Source: Octopus sinensis (Eukaryota). From it: DNA of 64,000 nt. The notes under the pieces are model-generated. The model ran no database searches and was not told the origin of the DNA. It saw only the letters and a program-made list of their open reading frames with translations. Positions 1-11,625 of this stretch are shown piece by piece. The stretch spans positions 108,128,001 through 108,192,000 of the forward strand of contig NC_042998.1 in NCBI RefSeq assembly GCF_006345805.1. Reading direction: 5' to 3'. The position numbers were made by a program, and so were the translations under genes. The first letter of the stretch is position 1, and each line of letters begins with the position of its first letter.

Positions 1-299
1 ATACAAAAGTACTAATTAAATTTATGAAATAAGATAAATTCATGTTCTGAGAGAGATGAATTCTAACATTATGAGCAGGACTTAATGAATTTTGCTACTT
101 GATTTTGTCAATGCAAATGTTCACCAATTTCCTTGTAATCTAGTTTTTATTTGTGCATGACTGAACAGTCCCTATTTCCATACAATATGAGAATTAATTA
201 GTAATTATGATTGGTCATTGGCTGAATTTATAAGAAAGTCGCTTATATTTGAACTTGCCAGGTAAGTGATTTGATTTGAGAAGTTGAGAAACTAAAATG

Positions 300-488
300 A
301 TTGCAGCAGGGAAGACACACATTAGCCATTTAAGAACACACAAAGACTGTTAACGTCACTTAGATGATTATTATTTGGTGTCAAAATTTTCATTGCGCCA
401 TCAGCAACATCAAATGATAAATGTTTAAGTGAGGTTAACAGGCTTTGTGTGTTTTTAAATGGCTAAGATGTGTCTTCCATGCTGCAAT
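300..488. repeat. Fold-back inverted repeat (64-bp arms, 61-nt spacer)
   Basis: 300-363 matches the reverse complement of 425-488 at 57/64 positions, ungapped (hand alignment). Confidence 0.85.
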
Positions 489-1234
489 TATCACTTATAT
501 TTATTTCAACAACAGATATCACATAACAATTATGAGTGTTATTATTTGATATTTAAAAATAAACATGAAATATTATATCTAATTGTTGATACATATAATT
601 TGACATAAGTAGTTTCGGGTTTAGATTTTTTTTTTAGATTCTTCTTAAGCAAATATTATAACAGAAGGCAAACATATTCTGATACAGAGTTTATAAAGAA
701 GCAATTAACAGAAAGGTATGCAAACAATATACTGAAAACTTTCCAGAATGCAACTTTCTGACATGATTTTAACAAAAAGTTTTCTTTAGTATAAGAAGAG
801 GTCAACAACAAACTATTATATATATGCCATTCATGTCACTAAACAATACGTATTCAGTCAATTTCCTGATATATATAGATATCACAGCTAGCAGTCAGTC
901 ATCCCTTAAAATAAACAGTATAACTCCTTTCACCTCACACATACACACATTAACAAACACGATGCTCTCTATTCAATAGTTGCAGCCCTTGGCAAGATGA
1001 AGATGAAGAGAGTAGGTGTCTTCATCATTGAAGTGGAATAGCTATGGGCTAGTTCCTAACATAGAAAGAAATATTTTTTTGTTTGATGGAACAAAAGAAA
1101 ATCTTTCTGCTTAATGTGAATTTCTTACACAAAGTCTCAGGTTTCCTCTACCACTATCATCATAACAATAACAACAACAATAAAAACAAGATTCATTTAA
1201 ATCAGTTTTGACATGTTGGCATTGCTTAAACAAA

Positions 1235-1440
1235 TCATCATCATCGTCATCATCATTGCTTTAACATCTACTCTTCCATGCTTGCAAGGATTAGATGAGA
1301 GTATGTTGGGGCAGAGTTTTCTACAGTCAGATGCCCTTTCTATTGCCAACTCCTAATTGTTTCAAAGTGAGGCAATAGTCTCCCAGTCTGTTGACAGCAA
1401 ACAAGCAGACATGTTTATGAGGAGAACTGGAAACAAATGT
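1235..1440 (-). mobile_element. Old RTE-type 3' terminal fragment
   Basis: (CAT)n then TTTAACATC..TTCCATGC and GATGCCCTTTC..GCCAAC, a decayed version of the RTE 3' end seen at 7437 and 29746. Confidence 0.5.
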
Positions 1441-1722
1441 CACCAACAAATGCTACAGTTTAGAATCAGTGAATGAACACATGTAGATGAGGGAAGTACA
1501 ATTCACACTAACACATACACAAATATAAGAAACTTGACCAAAGCGTCATGCAGTAAGACTGAACATAAAACCACATGGTTAGTAAATGATTTTAATTGCA
1601 CAACTATGCCTGCATCACCACCCATGGAAAGTATTTCTACATGGTTGTTTGACTAGCTAAAAGTAGTAGCCAAATCTCCTAAACCACAGTTAGCTGTAGT
1701 TTAAGAGAGGTTGATCGTTTAT

Positions 1723-2107
1723 CTTTTACTTATTTCAGTCATTTGACTGTGGTTATGCTAGGGCACCACCTTGAAGGCTTTTAGTTGAACAAATCGACCC
1801 CAGGACTTATTTAAAAAAAAACCTGGTACTTATACTATTAGTCTCTTTTTGCCAAACCACTAAGGTACGGGGACATAAACACACCAACATCAGTTGTCAA
1901 GCGGTGGTGGGGGACAAACACATACATAGATATATACATATATATATATATACACAACAAGCTTCTTTCAGTTTTCATCTACCAAATCCACTCAAAAGGC
2001 TTTGGTGGGCCAAGGTTATAACAGAAAACACATGCCCAAGGTACCACATAGTGGGACTGAACTGGAATCATGTGATTGGGAAACAAGGTTCTTACCAGTC
2101 AGTACCT
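1723..2107 (-). mobile_element. tRNA-derived SINE (CORE-like body, CR1/L2-type tail), CpG-decayed copy
   Basis: Collinear with the better preserved copy at 49049-49478. Confidence 0.85.
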
Positions 2108-2479
2108 ATTTAGTCTATTATAAAAAGAAAAAGACAGTGTAGTCATGGTTGGCTTGGACCTAATTATTGTCATCATCATTATTACCACCACCACTGCTGT
2201 CATAGCCACTATTGTTGTCATCGTTGGTCCCATCATCATCTATGGGTCCTAAAATCTTGAGATCTGGTCAGTGATGAAACATGAGGTGAGCACTCTGTAC
2301 AGAACTATAACTTTATATGTATGTGTATTTGCCATAGTTGAAGGAATGCCATGTTTCAAGAAGTGGGTGACCAATTTGGTTATGGTACAGGGAGGCCAAA
2401 ACCCATTCTACATCATTTGATTTGATCTCACCTGTTCTTCAAAAACTTTTGTCTTTCAAAGGAGCTCTTTGTCAAAAAT

Positions 2480-2730
2480 GTATACCTCTTTTCACCTGGT
2501 ACTCTATAAAGAGATTTTGTATATCCGTTTTTGTGCAGTCACCTCTTCTAAACACATCAGGTGATGTCGTAAATACCCAACTTTTCTCTCAGCTTACTTG
2601 TGTTTTGCCTTACAAATAGGTTATGCTAGTCTCATTTTCTTCCAGTCCTCCAAATCTTCTACATTCAACTTCCATGTTTCACTAACATGTATCATAAACT
2701 TCTTACACATATTTCAAACAGTATACCCTT
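2480..2730 (-). mobile_element. Highly decayed RTE ORF2 C-terminal fragment
   Basis: Minus-strand translation resembles the [15 protein letters not shown] region of the RTE at 25283-25920, with many stops. Confidence 0.45.
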
Positions 2731-3315
2731 AGCAGGGAAAGAGAAATCTTTTGTTATCAAGTGAGGCATCAGTGTAGTAAATGTCTGCTATCAGCTATTG
2801 TATTTTCACTACAGCACTAAGATAACTAATACTGAATATAATGAGTCAGAAAAGAAGAAGCTAGAATGGTCTTATTGATAAATTTGACATGTTGAAATAT
2901 CTCTCATAGCATGTGCAGATGCTACTGGAGAATGAAAGAAACTACAATTCTGCACAAAGTGATGTCCAAAATGAGTAGAAAACCAAGTGTTTTACAAAGT
3001 CTTCCAAATACTAATACAAATGTCACAAAAACATTTATAATTAATAATCCTGAAAAATACATAAAATCACCGGCAAAGTAACACTGACAGCAACAGCAAT
3101 GATAAAAACAGGATGTATTGTTATCTTACCTCCCAATATCATGTTTTGTATAGAATATATTTAAAATTACAGGTTTCACATATAAAAATAATTTTTGTAA
3201 ATACCAAAAATCTAAAATCCTTTTGCAACACAGTCCTAACAACATTGAAAATGCCTTTATTCATAGAAGTATTCATCATTAATCAAAACATTTATGAAGA
3301 AATTATTCTGATAAT

Positions 3316-3370
3316 GGCGGTGCCCCAGCATGGCCACAGCTCATGAGCTGAAACTAGAATCAATCAATCA
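3316..3370 (+). mobile_element. Short CR1/L2-type 3' tail stub
   Basis: GGCGGTGCCCCAGCATGGCCACAGCTCATGAGCTGAAAC plus (AATC)n; matches the LINE 3' end at 24701-24740. Confidence 0.6.
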
Positions 3371-3618
3371 TAACATTTGTATTTTACTGAAATACTGAAC
3401 ACCACTTTTCCAAATCAAGCCAAAAGTGGACAGGATGACCTTTTTGTAAAAAGGCTGGTTTTATACATAAAACTTGCATTCACAATAGAAATATCAAAAC
3501 TGGTGTTCATAAACTAATAGCAAATAATACTAATAATAGTAAATAATAGTACACAAGAAATCGCTGCGTTCAGAACAACAAAACTAATAACAGGAAGTAC
3601 ATTAGTATGATATACATT

Positions 3619-4015
3619 CATCATCACCATTTTAATGTCCACTTTTTTTATGCTTGCATAGGTCAGATGGAATTCACTGAGCTGGATATCCTTTCTGTTG
3701 CCAACCTTTGCCAGCTTCTAAGCAATATAATATTTCCCCATGGCCAGACATGTTTCATTGGAGACTAGAAATGAATGACACCATTTGTATGATAGTTAGG
3801 CTTGTTTATAATTAATATGTAGTGTCAAGATGGGAGGACATACATAGAAATATGATGGGTTTTTTTTTTTAGTTCCCATCCACCAAATCTACTCACAAGG
3901 CTTCGGGTGATCCAGGACTATAATAGAAGGCACTTATCCAAAGGTGCCATGTGGTGGGACTGAACACATAACCATATGGCTGGGAAGCAAACTTTTCAAA
4001 TACATAGCCATACCT
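3619..4015 (-). mobile_element. Decayed RTE-type tail followed by a decayed SINE head
   Basis: CATCATCACCATTTTAATGTCC..TTGCCAAC near 3619-3830; CCACCAAATCTACTCACAAGG..GTGGGACTGAAC near 3880-3990 matches the 49049 SINE head. Confidence 0.55.
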
Positions 4016-4124
4016 GACACTATAAACAACACACACACACACACATGTTGGATTCTCTCGTCGTGAATGACAAATGAGGGTTCAGTAAAATAAAGCAGTA
4101 TATTTATATATACATATGTGTGTG

Positions 4125-4180
<56 letters not shown>

Positions 4181-4182
<2 letters not shown>

Positions 4183-4560
4183 TCATCTTAATCATCATTT
4201 AACATTCATTTTCCATGTTGGGTTGGGTTGCATAGTTTGACTGGAACTAGTAAGGCTAGGAGCTGTACTTGCCTCCATTGTCTGTTCTGGCATGGTTTGT
4301 ATGGCCAGATGCCCTTCCTAATGCCAACCACTCCACAGAATGTACTGGATGCTTTTAATGTGGCACCAGCATTGGTATAAATTCTGCTGTAGTGGACAGG
4401 TCTTCTTGAGTACAGCAAAGTGCAAGATATCTCAGTACTTTGTCATCTCCTTAGTAAGGGTCAGTGTCTTGAGATCAAACTTCAATACTTCATTCTGGGT
4501 GAAGCAGACCGTGGGTGCAGATCTCAGAGGTAGTAGCAATTTCCACAAGTTCTATCCACT
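4181..4560 (-). mobile_element. Decayed RTE-type 3' end
   Basis: CATCATTTAACATT..GATGCCCTTCCTAATGCCAACCACTCC motif next to (TA)n. Confidence 0.6.
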
Positions 4561-4589
4561 TTAATTGTATGCAATTGTCGAGATCCATA

Positions 4590-4700
4590 CAATGTAAAAT
4601 AAAGTGTCTTGCTCTATGACACAACATGCTGCTAGGAATTGAACTCATGACCTTACAATCATGAGCTGAATACCCTAACCACTAAGCCACATCCTTTCAC
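4590..4700 (-). mobile_element. tRNA-derived SINE head
   Basis: Reverse complement has A-box TGGCTTAGTGG, B-box GAGTTCAATTCC and GAGCAAGACACTTTATTT. Confidence 0.6.
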
Positions 4701-4869
4701 TATAATTGTTACAGATAAAAGGAAATAAACTCTGAAACTTGCAATGGTCTGACACCATCATAGCAAAGGTTCTCAAAAAAAGAACTTTTTGGTTATTTGG
4801 CAATTCAGTATGACCAGTATGGCCTGGATTCACTGCAATGAATGCAGTGCAGGTTCTAACGAATTAGGC

Positions 4870-5087
4870 ATTGCTCCAGTTCACTCAGCTGGCAAAGATG
4901 AGTTGTGCCTGTAATTCAAAGGGCCATCCTTGACACATACTGTGTCACTCTGCATCTTCCTGAGAACTATGCTAAAGGTATGCATATCTGTGGAGTGCTC
5001 AGCCAGTTGCACATTATTTTCATGAGGAGGCTGTGCCACTGATCGGATCAACTGGAATTCTTGTCATAACTGACAGAGTGCCAGTAA
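4870..5087 (+). mobile_element. Decayed 3' half of the SINE family at 56141-56501
   Basis: GGCTGTGCCACTGATCGGATCAACTGGAA..CTGACAGAGTGCC matches the reverse complement of 56141-56210. Confidence 0.65.
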
Positions 5088-5286
5088 CATCCATGCTCAA
5101 AATATTTTTAAGTGAAAATGACTTTAAAAATATGGTAAATAGTTTGTAACCTTAGTGTGAAACAGCTTTTTTCCATAGGTTGCTTTTGAGTGCATTCAAC
5201 GTATCTTACTGCCAAAGATTTGGCTGTTATTTCTAGCACGCCATGTTACCATGTAACAGCTACTTGCAATAAAGGACCCAAAATAC

Positions 5287-5393
5287 CTGTTACGGGGCAT
5301 GCAAGAAATAACAGCCAAATCTCTCCTTTTCTGGGGAAAGGAGCCGTTTTTGAGTGATTTCGATGTTAAATCATTGAAAGCACGCAAAATAAC
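5287..5393 (-). CDS. Weak candidate coding exon (VILRAFNDLTSKSLKNGSFPQKRRDLAVISCMPRN)
   Basis: Acceptor TTTTCTTTTCTTTTCCAG, donor CAG|GTATTT, one open frame, locally retained CpGs. Product not recognised and the exon overlaps an inverted repeat. Confidence 0.25.
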
Positions 5394-6094
5394 CTGGAAA
5401 AGAAAAGAAAACCCACAAAACAAAACTCCATTGTTGGGGAACTCAGACTTTCCTGGAACCTTTAATTATTGGTGACTCAATGGGTCATGAGTAGTCTAGT
5501 ATATATATATTGTTATAAAGTGAATCCTTGTCCACTTGTATGTTATTAGCTGCACTGTAATATTTTTGTTGCCACTATTATGTTGTGGCAGTATTCCATG
5601 TCTTATTATCTTTGACTTGTCTATTATGCTATGGCTGGACTTGAAACATATACCTTGACAGTAACTTGAATTTGTATATAACATGTAACTGACACTGACT
5701 CCAACTGAGAATTCGTACAACCACGCTACTAGTACTGACTTCTTACAGCGACTGACTGTCTGACTTTATAGTGGCTGTATCATACCACTTTGTCATGGAG
5801 GAAGGAGAGTACTATTTTCACTACAACATTTCCCCTTTTAGTTCTTTGGGAAGCAAGTAAATTTATTTTACTTTATTCTCCCCTTCTGCCTTTTATTCCC
5901 CCCAACTTAATATATTTTTCTTTTTGGCATCTATCTGTAGGAATTCTGTGTTCTTCCTTTTTCTTCCACTTGTACACATGGGTTCAACCACCTGTAACAG
6001 TGTTGGTACCTGGAATATATGATCCCAATTACATTGTGTGTGTGTGTGTGTATGCCAGTATGGAAAATGGACATTAAATGATGATATATATATA

Positions 6095-7400
6095 TGGCCA
6101 CTCCAACCAACTACAGTACTTTAACAATCTCGTAAACACCATCATTGGCAGTGGCTTCTATGTACCAATACCTCCTGGTTTTCAAATAGTAACAGATAAC
6201 AAGAGATAATGTAATATCCTCACCACCAGATTCCTTTTACATCTTAAGCAAGCCACACCAACACACTCACATATATCATCAAGTCAACTTAAATCAACTC
6301 TTCCTCAGATACCACCTGCTTTTCACACCAAGCTATCACAAACACTTGGTAAACAATTGCTCAACTGTCTTCAGACCACCTACTAATTATCATCTTTACT
6401 AACTTGCACATTAATTAAAAAAATGCAAAAACACTTTTACAAACTTCAAAAAAGAACAATGGAATGAGTTCCGCCAAGAAACAGAATCAATGTTTTCAGG
6501 ATTCCATAACACCACAATTACAGAGACACAGCTGCACATACATTCAGCAAAATAATTATAGATGTAGCTCAAAAAACATATCTTAAAAGGTAACATAAAA
6601 ATATATGATCCCAATTACATTCCAGAAATAACTAGCATCATAAAAAACAGAGACAAACTTAAATACAATATACCAAAGCTACATGTAACCAAAATAAACT
6701 CAGCACTAAACCAACTAAAGAAAAGGAAATAGCACATAAACAAATCATAGGAAAACAGAAAATATTAAATATTTGAGTCCACAAAATTAGCAGTAAAACT
6801 TTATGTAGAGTAATTAGCAGTAACACTACCACTAACAGTGGCCATACCACACTCTGCCACACTAACAGTCTTAAATAATATACTCACTCTGCAATGCTAA
6901 ACAAACACCAGGCATTTCTCAAAATTCAAGCTAAAACCACATGAAAGAGATAGGAGAACATGAAATGAAAAAATATGCACTTCTACATAGATACTGATTT
7001 TGACCTCTTCTTTCATTAGGAGTAGGGAAATCTGAAAACTTAAACACCTCAGAACCAAACAAAAGTTACAAACATGCACCTGAAACACCAAGAACCTGAA
7101 GGAATCACAACACTCACCAATATCTATAACAACTCATACAATATCAGATGGTGGAAACAGGGCAAGATTATTACCAGCAACACCAGAGAACACTAAATAC
7201 AATCATCTCTCACATTCAACAACATACCACATATAAAACACTACAAATTACATACCCTTTCTACTCACTACATTCATAATACATGCAGAAAATAAAATGA
7301 TGCACCAACATAGAGCAATCACAGGCACCATACTTGTTAAAAAAATAATGAAATATTGGTGGACAAACAATATATGAGACTTATCATAAATTGTCAGTTC
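6095..7400 (+). mobile_element. Decayed non-LTR retrotransposon (I/Jockey group), endonuclease-to-linker region
   Basis: Residual frames such as NFKKEQWNEFRQETE..TFSKIIIDVAQKHILKGNIKIYDPNYIPEITSIIKNRDKL; many stops. Confidence 0.55.
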
Positions 7401-8731
7401 TATCAAAGGACCCAGCCCTTATGTAATAAAACAGTATCATCATCATCATCGTTTAACATCTGCGTTCCATGCTAGCATGGGTTGGACGATTTGACTGAGG
7501 TCTGGCGAACCAGATGACTGCACCAGGCTCCAATCTGATGTGGCAGTGTTTCAACAGCTGGATGCCCTTCCTAATGCTAACCACTCCGAGAGTGAAGTAG
7601 GTGCTTTTATGTGCCACCAGCACGAGGGCCAGTCAGGCGGTACTGGCAAGGGCCACACTCAAATGGTGCTTTTTATGTACCACCTGCACAGGAGCCAGTC
7701 CAGTGGCACTGGCAAAGACCTCACTTGAATGTTTTTTCACATGCCACCAGCACAAGTGCCAGTAAGGCGACACAGGTAACTATCACACTCGGATGGTACT
7801 CTTAGCGCTCCACTAGCACGGATGCCAGTCATTGAATTTGATTTCAGTTTCACTTGCCTCAACAGGTCTTCACGAGCAGAGTTTAGGTACGCCTAAGTGG
7901 GCTGATTACACCCCTGGCATAAGCCATGAGGTTATGGTGACACTTGGCTTACCAAGTCTTCTCAAGCACAACATATTTCCAAAGGTCCCAGTTACTAGTC
8001 ATTGCCTCGGTGAGGCCCAATGTTCGAAGGTCATGCTTCACTACCTCATCCCAGGTCTTCCTGGGTCTACCTCTTCCACAGGTTCCCTCAATCGCTAGGG
8101 TGTGGCTCTTTTTCACACAGCTATACACATCCATTCTCGCCACATGGCCATATCAGCACAGTAGTCTCTCTTGCATACCACATCTGATGCTTCTTAGGTT
8201 CAACTTTTCTCTCAAGTATGCACACTGACATTACACATCCATCGGAGCATACTGGCTTCATTCCTTGTGAGCTTACACATGTCCTCAGCAGTAACGGTCC
8301 ATGTTTCACTGCCATGTAGCATGGCTGTTCATACACATGCGTCATACAGTCTACCTTTATTCCGAGTGAGAGTCCCTTTGTCGCCAGCAGAGGTAAGAGC
8401 TCTCTGAACTTTGCCCAGGCTATTCTTATTCTAGCAGCTACACTTTCAGCGTACCCTCCCCCGCTACTGACTGGTCACCTAGGTAACGGAAGCTATCAAC
8501 TACTTCTAGTTTTTCTCCGTGGAATGTGGCGAAAGTTGTTCTCTGTACATTTTCAGTGTTTATTGCTCCTGAGCATCTGCCACATACAAAAACTATCTTC
8601 CCAGTTAGCCTTCCTTTGATATTGTTGCACTTCTTATATGTCCATAGCTTACACTGGGTACATCTTATAGAGGTTCTACCTACTCCTTTTCTACAGATCG
8701 AGCAGGGCCAACTACCTGAAGGGATTTGTGG

Positions 8732-9292
8732 TTAGCCTGCCTTCCTACTTATTAGGACTTTGGTTTTAGCTAGGTTGACTCTAAGGCCCTTTGATTCTAA
8801 TCCTTGTTTCCACACTTGAAACTTTTCCTCTAGTTCTGATAGTAACTCAGCAATTAGAGCAAGGTCATCAGCATAGAGGAGCTCCCAGGGGCATCCTGTC
8901 TTGAATTCCTCTGTTGTTGCCTGGAGGACTATGATAAATAGGAGGGGGCTGAGGGCTGAACCTTGGTGGACTCCTACCTCTACCTGGAATTCTTCACTGT
9001 ACTTGTTGCCAAACCTCACTTTACTGACAGCGTCCCTGTACATGGCTTGCACAGCTCTCACTAACCATTCATCTAGCCCTAGTTTCCTCATTGACCACCA
9101 GATAAGGGATTGGGGGACCGTGTCAAAAGCTTTCTCCATATCACTGAAAGCCAGGTACAGAGGTTTATCTTTGGCTAGGTATTTCTCCTGCAGCTGTCTT
9201 ACCAGAAATATAGCATCAGTCATGCTTTTCCCTGGCATGAACCCAAACTGCATCTCATCTAAACTGACTCTCTCCCTAATTAGTTGGGACAA
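8732..9292 (-). pseudogene. RTE reverse transcriptase fragment
   Basis: 186-aa ORF with DMEKAFD, HQGSALSP and YADD; flanking frames disrupted. Confidence 0.9.
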
Positions 9293-9390
9293 TGACCCTC
9301 TCTGTGACCTTCATTACCTGATCCAACCACTTGATACCTATGTAATTATTTGTATCTAAAGTGTCACCTTTACCTTTGTAGCAGTTGACT

Positions 9391-9843
9391 CGGCGATGTT
9401 TCGGTTGTCGTAGCACATGTTTCTGTCGATTTCCGTAAAAAATGTAAACACTGAATTGGCCAAACATACATACATACATACATACACACACACATACTTA
9501 CACACACACATACATAGATACATACACACACACACATACATGTATACATACATATACACATACACCGAGTAAAAAATTTCAGTTATCTCTCTCTTTCACA
9601 CAGTACTCTCTCTGTCTCTTCGCACACACTAACAGAAGCACTTCACTTACACAACATACTGTCTGTCTCCCACACCCCATCAAACACACACACGGGACTT
9701 CAAAGAGAAATTTCCTCGTCATAAAATCGCTTCCTCTTAGTCTCTTTCGCTCTCATTACTTATGTAAAAAAATTAAAGTTTTTTACGGAAATCGACGGAG
9801 GAAATCGATGGAAACGTGTGCTACGACAACCGAAACATCGCCG
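9391..9843. mobile_element. Non-autonomous TIR element (MITE), 453 bp, 6-bp TSD TTGACT
   Basis: TIRs CGGCGATGTTTCGGTTGTCGTAGCAC..TTTCCGTAAAAAA at 9391-9442 and 9779-9843; TTGACT at 9385-9390 and 9844-9849. Confidence 0.92.
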
Positions 9844-10940
9844 TTGACTATTATGCTGCTACACCAGTCACTGAGTATGACTCCCTCGTGTATCACCTGG
9901 TTAACAATTACAAAGAAAACAAAATACATAATGCATCATAACAAACTGTACACAAACAATGTCAAAATGTTCCAAACGAGAGCCCATCTGGGAAGATGGA
10001 TTTGTAGGTCATGGCTCATTATTCAACCAACTACCAGCAACTGGTCAATCTAGGCTGACCTGGGACTATATATAACAAGACCAGCAGAAGCATTAGTTGC
10101 ATTTCAAATTATTAACTACATATAGGAAACTATCTGGGAAGTTAATGGACTTCACTTCATCGATACTTCTACTGTTAGCTTCAGCGTTGTATCTTTCATG
10201 TCAGAGGTTGGATTCATTGTCACCTTGCCAAACAAGATTCTACACCATCTCTATCTACCCATTAGACTGAGTACACACTGTAAAATTGTAATCAACTCTT
10301 TTCTCGTATACCAATAAAGTCACTTCTTGAATGACACAGGAATTCTTTATTCTCCGTTTTAGTAGTTGATTTTTGAACTTCAGAATGTTTTCAGTGTTGG
10401 AACATTTTCTGCAACTGTTCACTATGTTCTACTTTGAGAATCACATCATCAACATATAAACATTTTGAAGAATGATCAATCCTCTCTCTCTCTCAAAAAA
10501 AAAAAAAAGAAGAAAAGAAACAATAAGGAATAAAAATGGGATTAAGTGCAGTGAATTATTTCTGTAAACTCTAACCTGTATGTTAAACTTTTCAATGGAT
10601 TCACTACCAATCCTACTCTTGCTCACACCTCTTTGTCCATACTAGCATGATTTCTTATGCCCTTTATCTACATCATATACATCCTTAACACAAGCATTGT
10701 AAATTAGACAGTGTAACATCTATGTCTTTCTTAAAGACATTAGCTTATAAGTGAATTAAATACATCTAAGAACTGAACTAGATCTATGGGCTGTAAATAT
10801 TAGTCTTGTGAGGTTGCAAAGAATATAACCTTTCAGAAGCCTGTTTACAAGCCAGACTGATGCTATCATGTGATAGAACTCAATGAAAATAGAGTATAGT
10901 GCATACTACCTCAAAAACTGATCAATTATTAAGTACTTAC

Positions 10941-11022
10941 CACAGAACATATCTTAGCCTGCTTTTCACAATTTGTAGAAGCCATGATTTAGTGGTGTTC
11001 TGGTAAATGTAAAGATGTTCAT
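10941..11022 (-). CDS. Candidate 82-nt exon of an unidentified host gene
   Basis: Acceptor TTTGTTTCTCTATCTTAG and donor GTG|GTAAGT. Either open throughout (EHLYIYQNTTKSWLLQIVKSRLRYVL) or a start exon with good Kozak context (AATCATGG: MASTNCEKQAKICSV). Confidence 0.5.
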
Positions 11023-11625
11023 CTAAGATAGAGAAACAAATGTAGTGAGTGAGGGAGAAAGAGATGTGGTGAAGAGAGAGAGAGGGGGGGGAGAGAGAGA
11101 AAAGAAGAATAAACAGTACTAACTATTTGTTAGTTTATTTCTGTCTAGGTGGAAAGTAAAAGAGATACTAATGGTCAAAATAGACATCAAGTCTCCTGTT
11201 TTATTAGTTTCTTGCAAGAAATAGATAATCATGTATCTTCTAACTCAAATTAATTTGTCTAATATATTAAAATACATTACTGGTATTCAGTTCTTGGAGA
11301 ATATAAGAAAATGGATTCAATAGTTCAAAAGTTTGAATTATGAAACTTTATTAACACATCAATTAATCAACTGTAATCAAACTTTCTATTTTCCAAAATG
11401 AAACAGTGTCTTACTTGATATAATGCTAGGCAGCTAAACACAATGACGATTTTCTTCATTGATTTGCTATCATTGTCTAGGTAGCTGAACACAACATATT
11501 ATATTAATATTCTAATTGTATTGCTATTCTTACATATAGTACTAAGGTGATATTCTGTGCTCTAGCATGCTATATCAATGCTCTATTTATCATGGTATTC
11601 TGAATTAGTGTTCTCTGTGTATGTA

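Larger units (their letters stand above)
7437..9908 (-). mobile_element. 5'-truncated RTE-clade LINE, interrupted by a MITE
   Basis: RT motifs (QFGFMPG, DMEKAFD, GVHQGSALSP, YADD), [10 protein letters not shown]-terminus, repeat-bearing 3' UTR ending GGACG..TTAAACGATGATGAT. The frame continues across the MITE. Confidence 0.95.

Noticed and set aside
8901-9359. Antisense ORFs over RT regions (also 28712-29098 and 53451-53678)
   Set aside because: They are shadow frames of retrotransposon coding sequence.
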